In this document: piece after piece, positions 40,730 through 52,727 of the stretch
How the letters are laid out: the number at the start of each line of letters is the position of its first letter
How positions within the stretch are numbered: the first letter of the stretch is position 1
Assembly (NCBI GenBank): GCA_002245135.1
Contig: NGBS01000022.1
Coordinates: forward strand, 1 to 64,000
Reading direction: 5' to 3'
DNA length: 64,000 nt
From: Proteromonas lacertae
Lineage: Eukaryota
Translations under genes and position numbers: made by a program
Notes under the pieces: generated by a model
Seen by the model: the letters and a program-made list of their open reading frames with translations, nothing else
What the model was told of the DNA's origin: nothing
Databases searched by the model: none

Positions 40730-41920
40730 TGTTTTGGATGAAAATAGTTAGACCCTATAATATATTATAAATATAATTGAATAAAAAAGTTTATAAGTTC
40801 ATATTTATAGTAAATATCTTGAAAAAAGAGACATACCTGAATAAATGATTTTAGAGATAGACAATTCTATTGGATAGCTCGACTGAAGGTCAAACTAACC
40901 AATCAAGTTTGTTAACTTTCAATCTTGATTATCAAGAATGAATATCCATTACTATACATTTTTTTAATACTTCTAAGTTTTCTTAGAATGTTCTATATCA
41001 AATGATAATATAGTTAGGATGATTTGAATGTCAGTTGATGAATTATTTATATAAACTTACCTCCAGGTAGTTAATAGACGTCTATTATAGTTAATGTGTG
41101 ATAAGTGGGTATTTGATGTGTATGATATTAAAAATATGCATGAATCAATAAGTGTTTATTAACATATAAGTTATCATACGAAACGACATTAATGAGGAGT
41201 TGTAATATATGTAAATATTGCATTTTATACTCTGCTTTTTACTAAATGATCATAATTATTTCTGATTGATAGATTAACTTTGATTTAGAAGATGTAGATT
41301 TAAATGTAGACTTTATTTTTACTATGTATATGCATTTTGTAACTGCTTGAATTCTGGAATAATTTATTATATTTGATAACATCTACAATTATGTAATTTG
41401 CCTATTTTTTGAGAATAATTGATTCAACCAATAAGATTTCAAGTTACTTCATAATAAAAAATATAATCGTTTTTATGGCTCACTTTTTTTAAAATTCGTT
41501 TTTTAGCATTTAACATAAAATATTATAGAACATTTAACCTCTCCTACAATGATAAAAGCATGTATAATGACATTATTGATATAACTCAAATAAGTTAGTA
41601 TTACTTTTAGAAAACTCATAAACATGCATAATGAAACATATGACCTGCCTTTCATATAAATTTATAACTATAAAATAACTGTTACTTAATCTTGATTATA
41701 TAGATAAACTTACTTATTTTTACTCAATTAATCGCATAAATTTGACCTTTATTATATGTTAATAGAAATAAAATAATGTGTTAATCTTTAGCTATGTTTA
41801 AACGGAACAAACATTACTGAATAAAATAACTAAACTTTTATTTATTATAAAGTGCACCAAGTTTTATAGACTTCAAATTTCTGCTAATTATTACTGATAT
41901 TTTATTATTACACATCTAAT

Positions 41921-42601
41921 ATGAGTAATAATAATATAAGTGAAGAAAATGATTATAATCTCAGTCCATTAGTCGATGATCCACCTTCACCTCATGGAAT
42001 AACCTTTGACTTTGATGCTGATAAATTTAAGTGGTATGACACTCTTGGAGCCTCTTCTCATGAAAATCAGAATTTACCAAATGAGACTAGTCATAATTTA
42101 AACCAAAACAAAGAAATAGTCAGATCAAGTACATCGTCTACCGAAGAACATCGCAATGTTACAAATAGTAATATTGTGGATAATATTGCACATAACATTA
42201 GTATGCAAAGAGAATCGGTAGAAAAGGAAAAAAGGATAGAAATGTGTTCTTATTGTAAAAAGAAGAAGTACTACTACGATTTATTTCTAGTGAAAAATAA
42301 GCAAGGTAAAAATAGTTTACCTACAATATGTGTAAATTGTGCTCTAAATGAAATTGATAATATAAGGGCTATGAAAGATGTAGAATACAAGCTAGGTATA
42401 AACAATTTATTAAATCCATGCAAATGTTACAAATGTCATGCTTTTAGATCAGATTTTAGATTCAAGCACAAAAATGGTAAGAAAATCTATTGCTATTACT
42501 GCGAAAGAAAAAGATTTTTTACTTTACATCACAGAAAAGGAGCTTATTATTTCGTCTCCCAATTAGAACAGATTTATGGCGATCCAAATGAGAGCAACTG
42601 A
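41921..42601 (+). CDS. Intronless Cys-rich (four CxxC) hypothetical zinc-binding protein
   Basis: 226-aa ORF with CSYC, CVNC, CYKC and CYYC; TGTTTGTA at 42661. Confidence 0.6.
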   Translation: MSNNNISEENDYNLSPLVDDPPSPHGITFDFDADKFKWYDTLGASSHENQNLPNETSHNLNQNKEIVRSSTSSTEEHRNVTNSNIVDNIAHNISMQRESVEKEKRIEMCSYCKKKKYYYDLFLVKNKQGKNSLPTICVNCALNEIDNIRAMKDVEYKLGINNLLNPCKCYKCHAFRSDFRFKHKNGKKIYCYYCERKRFFTLHHRKGAYYFVSQLEQIYGDPNESN

Positions 42602-42781
42602 TTATTATTACTAATACAAACTACTACTTACTATTCACATATTTTCATATTTTTCTATTTTGTTTGTATTTACTTCATTAACCGAAATAAAAACAACAAT
42701 AAAAAATAATATCTAATCTATACAAAATAAAAGACAGATCTCTAAGTTAAATGTTTCTTTAATCTCAAATGGTGAATATTA

Positions 42782-43585
42782 TTAAGGTTTAACTTTCTTA
42801 ATATTCATAAAAAGATATTTTATTAAAATAAGACACTTTAATAGGTAAAGGCTTCACTTCATCAGGTTGAATTTCTCTAAAATATTCAGGAAGAGATGAG
42901 GGAGGATTTGTTAATGAAAATATTCTAGCAGGATATCTATTATGACAACATCCCATTGATATATTTAAATAACACACTGCCAAAAAAGCAATGATTTGAA
43001 AAACTAAGGAGAAAGCTGTTCGATATAATTGCCATTGCGAATAGATTGCTTCACTTCGAGCTGATTCTGTACATTTAAAATTGGATAAACAACCTAAATC
43101 TAAAACATAATCGGGGATCTATTGTTAAAATGTATATTATTCATATAAATACCAGTAAAGAATCAAGTACAATAAAGAATGGTTGGCATAAAAGATAAAT
43201 ACAACGAGTCCAACTGTGAGAATTTGAGAATATACCATAAACTGATACTGCTGCTTCAAGAAAGAATCTTACCCATCCTAATCTCGGTTGTATATGTTAA
43301 AAAACATGACATAAATCTGAATATTATAAAAGGATATCCATTCGATCTTTTCTACTCTGATTAAAGCTAATATGAAAAAGGGCATATTCAAAACTAGTAA
43401 ATTTATCCATAAAAACACTCTTGAAAATAGTATAAACCTATTATATTTGTTAAGTATCAATACCTCCTGATAATCACAATCTCATCACTTGTTTTAAATT
43501 GTGTGCAAGGAAATACCAAAATAAAGAATATAACAGAAGCTATATAACAATATAAAACGTAATCTGCTCCTCCTAAATCAGCCAT
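42782..43585 (-). CDS. Multi-exon hydrophobic (membrane) hypothetical protein
   Basis: Starts MADLGGADYVLYCYIASVIFFILVFP, with several short GT-AG introns. One internal junction is unresolved. Confidence 0.5.
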
Positions 43586-43608
43586 AATCGGTTATTTTTA
43601 TATACTAC

Positions 43609-43616
43609 AACAAACA
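43609..43616 (-). promoter_or_regulatory. TGTTTGTT motif downstream of the PIKfyve stop codon
   Basis: aacaaaca on the + strand, ~45 nt past the TAA at 43662. Confidence 0.55.
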
Positions 43617-43661
43617 AGAATCAAACATATATCATAAAATTTAAATTATTAAATAATCAAG

Positions 43662-44532
43662 TTATTGATCAGACGGTTCATCATCTTTAAATGAATAATA
43701 ACGATCTGGCAACTATATTGCATAGATTATAGAATATATATATATATACAGTCATGAAATAAGAATCAATAGCTGCTCTGAATCTATTTTTATATTGTTG
43801 AGGAGGTATAATAGTCGGTAGATTTGTACTCACAGCAGATTTCACACCAGACTCAAGTCTTTTTATCAAATCATAATGTCTTAAGTAGTCAATAACTCCA
43901 ACCACTATTTCTCTTTCATTTTCATCTATTCCAATAACTAATGAATAATCTACTATATCTAACATTGACAAAAACAAAGTATCATTAATTACAGCAATAT
44001 TGATAAATGCTTTAGCTTGATCCTATTCAAATAATATATAATAAATAAATACCTGTAAAAATAATGGATATCCACCTGTATATAATCTAAAATTCTGATC
44101 TAACAAAGTCTTACTCTCACCTTCTTTCTCTTTTGCCAATCTATTTCGATCAGATCCTTTTAAATCAAACACTTTAGTAATATTTCTATCATAAAATAAA
44201 TCCTCCATTACCACTAAGAAATGAGATGTACTTTTACCACTAGCAGCATCTCTTAAAACTAATTGGTAAGTGCCTACGATTTTTACTAATATGCTAGGTA
44301 ATGAATGGTATAAATGTTTAGACATATATTCAAAATATGGTTTTGCACTATCTAAAAACATTAATAATTCTCTTTGTGATATAAATTTTACTAAAAATAA
44401 CTTATCTAATGTTTTAACGAAGTTTGCACCTGATTTTCCTCCAGTTTGATCTGATTTGATACATCGTGAAAGTGATTTAATATAATCTTCATCACTTCCA
44501 CAATATCTTCGTCTTAAAGCTGCAAACTATTC

Positions 44533-44563
<31 letters not shown>

Positions 44564-47500
44564 CTTGTATAGAATAATAAGTTATTACAGTAATTTTATC
44601 ATACACACCTTCCACTCTAAATTTGTGTGTTATATCAGTATTATTTTGTGATAATAACAATTTCTCAGTTTCACAAGCACCAGATGGATATTTTGAAGGA
44701 TTCTGATTCATTTCTTCCATACAACTTTTCAAACATTTTTCAAAATTTGTTTTAAATTCAAAAGAGTTTAATGAATAAGCAATATAAGAAGTTAATTCTT
44801 GAGTATAGACAAAGATCACTTTACCATCAGGACCCATCTTCAATTGAGGTTGACCTTCCTTGATATATTCAGGTATTTCTACAGCATATTTCTCTTTCTT
44901 GGATCTACTACTGGAATTATGTGTATTACTAATCATTAAAGTTGTTAAATCAGTTGGCACTTTCATTGTAGAAGGTTGTCTAGCAATATTGGCAGAAGAT
45001 GTTAATGATTGGTTATTGATATTGATATTACTATTATTTTGATTTATATTATTTGTAATATTTGGGTTACTATAACTACTGTTTGTATTAGGTGAAAGTG
45101 AATCATCATCAGAAAATGAATCATTTCTTTTGAATGAAACTGATAATGAATTGGATTCTTTGCGAAATAAGGATTGTAATTTGTCTTGAATACTTGCTTT
45201 TCTATTGGCTATTACTTTTAATTCTGGTGATATTCCATATGCTAAAGATGTATATAAAAATAATGAATAATATATATATATATACATATTGAAGGTATAA
45301 TATCATTACTCAATTTTGAATAACATGAATTACCATATGGAGTTATTGTTTGGATTTTGAAAAAATATTTTTGACCATTTGTTAAATCTTCAATTAGATA
45401 GGATGATGGTAATGGATTTCCACTAACAAAATGGTCAGTTTTACCTGGAAGAACACATATATTATATCCATTAATAATACTCGACTATTAAATAACAATA
45501 ATTATATATACATTATTTGGACTTTTCCAAGTTATATAAGCAGAAGAATCAAATGGAGTTGCTTTTACTTCAGTTGGTGGTTCTACAGTCATATTATTAT
45601 TATTACTATTTATCATATTATTATTAAAATCTAAATTAATTTCATCTGTTATAGTTGTTGCTGATGATTTATCGTGTGAACTTGAATCATCCAGTTCTGA
45701 AGTTAGTTTATTATTATCAACTGTTGATTCATTATTGGTTGTTAAATTGTTTAATTCATTACACACTGGAATTAGAATATCATTCCATTTAGTTACCCAG
45801 AAATGAAATCTTTGTTTTAGTGAATTGACGAAATAGAATGTCTTTTCTACATTATCTTTTTCTTTTGTTAATCTATTTAGAAATAAATAAATTATAGAAA
45901 TATATTATACTGATCTAAAAAGAATTCTTTCTGTTGTATTACATCAGCTTCAACTGTATTAATGATATTCTCATAGGAACTTACATCTAATCCATTCAAC
46001 TTACTGCATATATCTCTACACTCTTGTATCTTTGAACAAAATAATGTAAAAGTTTCTATTCCTTGTAATTCTAACAAGTTCCATCTTTCCTTAGTATATT
46101 CATTAAACCATTTAATATTAAATGAACTCAATGTTTTAGTAGAAATATCATAAGGAAAAGCAGTTTTATAATCAAAAGTTATCATCAAGTTATGTATTTC
46201 ATAGTATATAGAACAATCATGAAAATAACTATGTCCACATGTAGATTTCAAATGAGAATTATAAAAAGAAATCTCTAAATACTTAGCAAATGATAATTGC
46301 AATGCATCATCTGATAATTCTATTTTATTACTAGTTGTATTACATCTTTTACAATGACAAGAACAATAGATTGTTTCACCAGAATCATCTGATTTCTTTG
46401 TAATAGACACTGATAATATTCCTCTATAACAACAATATACTAAATAATGGGGATTATTATTATTGGCTTTACATTTCCTCGTGTTACATTTAAAGGTATT
46501 AAAACTAAAGGATTTTAACACTTCTCCTAAACTAGGATCTTTATCACTATAAAACTCTAATTTCTGTATAATTGGTAAATCACATTGCTTTTGATCACAT
46601 ATCCACATTGTTCCATATATTATATTACTACAATCATAACAACTCATTTCTTCTTCATTTGAATTGATGATAGTCCAATTACCTAGTAATTTAGCACCAT
46701 ATATAATATCAGGTGAAGATGATAAGATTGTTTGACCTTTCTTAAGTGGTGCTAAAGATGGTTCACTTTGTAGTTCAATATCTGCAGTAGATAGTTTACA
46801 ATCACCAATATACTTCAATTCTAATTTCATATTATATAATACACATAATGTATATTTCATTAAATATTTTAATGTGTGTAAAGTCTCCAAATTTTCACCT
46901 TTTAAGTAGATTGTACATCCAAATATATCATTACAGCCTTCAAAACAACAGTAAGTAGCAGTTGGATGTTTGGGTGGCTTTTTAGCATGTTTTAATGTGT
47001 CTGTAACTTCATTATTCTGTTTATCACAAACTATATCTCTTACAGCGAATGTTTTACATGTTCCTATAATATCCAATTTATTTAATTCTATTAATAATAT
47101 TATATATATAAATATATATATACGATCAATATAGTCTATATTTGTAACAATATTAGATCTAGTTAATCTTGAGACTAATTCTAATGTTTTATCTTTTACA
47201 TATGAAATTACAGTAACACCTTTCTATTATTATTAATATTAATATATAATAGTATACTTCTAAGAAAATATCAACACATAATCTATTTACATAACCTTGA
47301 ACTAATATTACATCAGGTTTACAGGTCATTATCTTTGCAGCAATAATATTCATATATTCTTTCTCTTGTTCTTTGATAATTAATAAGTTTTCGTATTTAT
47401 ATCGTATTTTATTGAAATCTAAAGATGCTCCAATTAATAAGATTCGAGGATTGTGAATATATCTTTTCATATTCTAATAAAAATATAAATAAATAATATA

Positions 47501-49084
47501 TACTTTATGTATAATATTCTTTCTAAACATCAATCCATCTACATATGCACTATCATCTATTTTACCTGAAGGAATACACAATATCTTTGCATAATTCAAT
47601 ATATTCCTTTGATCACCATCTTCATATGATATTTGCACTCTATTTGTGGCTAATCTTCCTAATTCATATAAAGTAGCACACCATTTCTTATCTAATGTAA
47701 CATTATATTGTGATTCTATATTAGATAAACACTGTTTTAATAGATTAATAATATAGGTTTTATATCGCTTAGTTAATTGATTATGATCCATTAAAAATTC
47801 AATTCCTAATTCATCAGAGTTTTGTGATTTCTTTCGAAATGTTGTTGAATCCCTTTTTACATTGGCGAAGAATCTAAGTGATGATCTTTTAGATAATGTC
47901 ATTGGATGTTGCAATGATGATGATACTTGTGATTGAGATGATAGTAGTTGAGATGAAGGTAACATATAAGATGATGATGATGATGGTGTTAATGAATGAC
48001 CAAATATATGTGACTGTGGTAGCTGTTGTTGATGTTGATGTTGATGATTTGATAATGATAATGATGATGATGATATAAGTGGAGGTAATAATGATATTTG
48101 TTGCTGTTGTTGTTGTGATAATGATGATGGTAGTTGTGGTTGTTGGATCGATTGTGTAAGTGGTGATAAATTATTATTACTATGTGATGATTCATTGAAG
48201 AAGAATGATGAAGAAGATGATAATATATTAGTAGTATTAGTTGGAGTTAATAGAGTATTTGTATTGATATTATGTGATTTATAAAATCCAGGGATATCTC
48301 CAGCCCAAGATCTAGTCCTACGTCTTGTTACTATTAAATAATAATAATATAAAAAATACAATCACCATATCTTTGTTGTATATTATTCTGTATAAACTCA
48401 GGTGTATCATCATTATATCTATCATAATCATCTTCGTCATCATCGTCATCAACATCATCGTCAATATTATTTTCATCATTGGTATAGTCAAAACTACTGA
48501 TACTTCCTGATAATAATCTCTTATTACTACTTGTATGACTGAATGTTTCATTCTCATTTTTAGTAGGCGTAGTGTCTGGTGATGCCTTTTTTGAATTTGG
48601 CTCTGATACAGCTGAAAATATGGTAGGTAATGGAGAATCTAATAATGAAGAGACTGTTCCACCTTCTGTTAGTCTGTTTGCTAGTATAATGTCATTAGAT
48701 GATGGTGCTTCTTCCATTAGTGATAAACAGAGATTACATATCCTGATTGTTGTGGTAAAACCAAATGGTTCACCATTAACATGATTAGAACAACAATTAG
48801 AACAAAACACTTGACCACACAAACGACAATGATGTTTTCTTTTCACTACAGTAAAACGACTATTACATAAATAGCAAATGTGACAAACACGATCTGGCAT
48901 CCAAAATCTTCTTTCCTCGGCATCTGAACCTTCATCTTCTTTTCTGTTTTCTATTTCTATTAATCACAATCATATTACTATAAATACTAGGGATAGTGAC
49001 AGGTTCTTCGAATTTCAAAATACCAACTGGGTTAAGAATTCCTTTAGGTGCAGGAAATAGAACTAACTCAACCTTTTTAGACAT
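43662..49084 (-). CDS. FAB1: 1-phosphatidylinositol-3-phosphate 5-kinase (PIKfyve/Fab1)
   Basis: FYVE domain (FWMPD...RKHHCRLCGQVFC), chaperonin-like domain (IPSGKIDDSAYVDGLMFRKN), Cys-rich region, and kinase motifs GGKSGA, FDLKGS, LLDQNF, DYSLVIG and GVIDYLR. Many short introns. Confidence 0.92.
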
Positions 49085-49173
49085 ATCCAATCCAATCTAA
49101 TGTAAAAGCCAGTTTTAAAAAAAGATTAACTCAAGCTAAAGTTTGTGTAATTGTTTTTTGAATTTTTTAAAAA

Positions 49174-50081
49174 ATGTCTGCAGAAAAGACAATGATGGAG
49201 CAAATGATGGAGGATTGTGGTATATTGTTGAAATATATTTGCTTTTAGAAAGAGCAAAAAGAGAAAAAGAGGAACAAGAGAAGAAAAAACTAACTCAAAG
49301 CATAGGAACATCATTAAAAGGATTAAAAGGTGCATTTAAGTATATTAATATTGACTATTAAATAGAGAGCCAGAATCAACTCATAAATTAGAAAAATGTG
49401 GTAATCCGAACTGCAATAAAACAGAATCAACTCCAGGAGAATTTAATAGATGCAAACGTTGCAAATCTATAAAATATTGCTCAAGAGATTGTCAAGCTGC
49501 TCATTGGGCTGTACATAAGAAAGAATGTAAAATTCACAAAGACGAACTACCTTTACTCAAAGCTACTACTGATAAAATGGCAAATCTTCAGATCAATGAA
49601 GTCCAACAAGCAATGAATAAAATGATGGATCAATTAAACTATGACAAGTCATGGATAACTGACGATTTAATACACGAAATACAAAATAATCCAATACTCT
49701 CTAAAAATGAACATAATACTCAATCTCCAGAATTCATCAAAGAAATGATGAGAGTGTTAGGTGATCATTTTACTAAAGTATATATATATATATATGTTAA
49801 TATGTATATAGATTGGCAAGGAAAGAGGTGAAACAGATACTGCAATACAACAACAACAACAACAACAACAACCATCTCCAGACACAATGACAGTTGATCC
49901 TGAAGTAGAAAAAGTATTATCCAATCCAGAGGTGAAATCATTACTAATGCAACCAGAAGTAATTAATATGTTGAGAGATTGTACTCAACCTGGAAGATTG
50001 AATTATTATATGAATAATCCGAAGTCTTCCGAGATAATAAAGAAATTAGCTCAGTATGGTTTGGTTCAAATACATCCATAA
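49174..50081 (+). CDS. MYND zinc finger + STI1-like domain protein
   Basis: CGNPNC...RCKRCKSIKYCSRDCQAAHWAVHKKEC; C-terminal DPEVEKVLSNPEVKSLLMQPEV; three short introns. Confidence 0.8.
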
Positions 50082-50229
50082 CTTCAATTTTAAAAGAATT
50101 CTTAATTTTTTAGTTTATATAAATATATATGTTTATATTGATATAATCCTAACAATCATGATATACTATAAAAACATATATATTTATAATAGATAATAAT
50201 GTAATCTAATTCATTTGTTTGAGGAGAGT

Positions 50230-51160
50230 TTAAAGTTCAATACTATCTTCACTTCCACTTCTAGATCCACTGTAGGAACTATTATCATTTCTATTATTAC
50301 TAGTATTGTTGTTGCTGCTGGTGTTGTTATTGTTTATATAATTGTTTTCTTCATCTTCATCATTATAACTATCAGAATCATTTCCTTCTTCTTCATTCTC
50401 TTTTTCAGCTACATCTACTGGTCTAAACATTTCTGGGTTAAGCATAGATATTCTTGGCTTGAATGTAGCTCGATTATCATCATATTCTGTTGGATAATGA
50501 GATCTATTGAATTCTATTAAATCTTCAGTCTTTCGATGGTCATATTTAGTTTCTTGCCACGCTGGAGGAGACCACATATTTTGGTTACGGATATAAGGAT
50601 TACCACCTCGAAAATTTGGATAACTTCGAATTACACCTTTGTATTGATATTTCTACATTATTATATATTCATATTACAATAATATATCATACTTCAGATT
50701 TCTTATCTTTGGCTTCTTTCTTTTTGTTTTGTTTTGAAGTTGTTTCGGGACTTGTTGATTCACCCATCATTCTCTTCTCAGCATTTGCTTGTTGTTTAAA
50801 TCTTGGCTCGTTTTTGTATAATCTGTTGTATACCTAACAACATTATAACTAAAGACGAAAATACTGGCTCATAATAATGATCAACATTACTAGTTCTTCT
50901 TTTCTCATTTATTGTAGGAGAAAATGTCGCTCTTAAATTCTACAAATCAACTATAAATATACATCAGAGGGATCTTCGTAAGGATATGAAGAAGTGTTTC
51001 GAGAGAATCTAGCTGATTGTGCTAATCCTATTAAAACCATATGTCACGAAAATTATACTTGAACTCATCAAAAATCTTGATTCTAAGAATGTGACGAGTA
51101 AAATTAGATTAATTACATAATTACATTTTGACAAAATTACATCAAGCCAAGCCTTTTCAT
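50230..51160 (-). CDS. Multi-exon hypothetical protein (start uncertain)
   Basis: Several short exons separated by ~30-nt GT-AG introns. RATF(S/K)P occurs twice. Confidence 0.5.
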
Positions 51161-51386
51161 TTCTTTTTATTTTATTAACACATATACATATTTATGATAA
51201 CAATGATTATTTCTTCAATATTGAAAAATTCTTTAGAAATATTTTTCTTTTTCTTCTTCTGATATTTAAGAATTTATTATCATAAAGGAAAATAATTGTG
51301 AAGTTTGAAAGAAAGTGATTCTGTTTATAAAATTCTTATAAATTCATTCAATGAACAAAATAAAAAATAAAACATTTTATATTTAC

Positions 51387-52664
51387 TCAGTCTTCTTTAT
51401 CAAAAATCTTTCCCAATCTTTGAGATATTGATCTTTTCGTTGAAACACAATAGATTACCTCAGCTAATAATGGAGCAATTGACAATTTTGTGATCTTTGG
51501 ACCTAATTCTTTAGGAAGGTCAATTGTATCAGTCACTACTACTTTATCTACATCACATTTAGTTATTCTTTCTACTGCATTATGACTAAACACACCATGA
51601 GGCGAATAAGCGAAGATGTTCTTACAACCATTCTGCTTCAATACTCTAGATGTATTAGCTATTATTCTACCTGTATCTAATATATCATTCACTATTACAC
51701 AGTCTCGATCTTTTACATTTCCTATTAACTCATATTCTTCCACATTACTACCCGGCTTCTCTATTACCATCGCTAAGTGAGTATCTTTATATCCAACTGT
51801 ATAGAATAACTCTTGGAATTCTTTACCCATCTGAATTGCACTTGGTTGGGGAACTATTATTGTAGGTTTATTCATTTGGATTTTATCTTTAAAAAACAAA
51901 GCAGCTACAGGATTTGCATCAATATCATCAACTGTAAGTCTTGGAGCAAAGAAACCTTGGATTTGACCAGAATGTAAGTTTATTGAGATTATTCGATTTA
52001 CACCAGCGGTTTCTAACATTGCACTAATATCAGCAGCACCAAATGATTGATGTTCGTGAATATTCAAAGCTCCATCTGATCTTCCATAACCAAAGTAAGG
52101 AATCACTGCAGTAATTGTTTTACAACTTGCACGCTTCATACCAGTCACCATTAATAATAATTCCATTATACTAGTCGCTGAAGGGGTTGAAGTTGATTGG
52201 ATTATAAATATATTTTTGTCTCTTACACATTCTTTTATTACTACATTTACTTCACCATCATTGAAATGACCGATCTCTGCTTTGCCTTTTGGAACTCCTA
52301 AATGTTTGCAAATCTTATCTGCTAAAACTTGACTTGTATTTCCTGAAAATACTCTATTTATCATATATTATATTAATTAATAATACTTAATCTCTGCAGC
52401 TTGTAATTCTTCTGGATGAGGTCCTGAATAAATATGCCAATTATTGGTTGTTTGAGATGGTAAAATAGTACTAGCATTAACTTTTTGGTTTTCATAAAAC
52501 AATGCACCGCTTGCAAGTGCAGCAACACAACCACCTAAACAAAAGTATCTCATGTTGGAATTGGATGTATTATGGACTTGTTTAGCAATGTCTCTAGCAT
52601 TGACTAATGGCTTGAAACACTTTTGTGAGTGTAATCTAGCTACTACACTAGAAAATCGAAACAT
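51387..52664 (-). CDS. Ribose-phosphate pyrophosphokinase (PRPS) homologue with an organelle-targeting N-terminus and degenerate catalytic motifs
   Basis: IKVFSGN, HFNDGEV, MELLLM, AVIPYFGYGR, LHSGQIQGFF, GNVKDRDCVIVNDILDTG, HGVFS and VVTDTI. First exon MFRFSSVVARLHS; one intron. Confidence 0.85.
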
Positions 52665-52727
52665 TTCAATTTTTGTTTTTTGATTCAAACTTACATCAAG
52701 CTTACTCTCATTTTAAAATCCAGAAAT

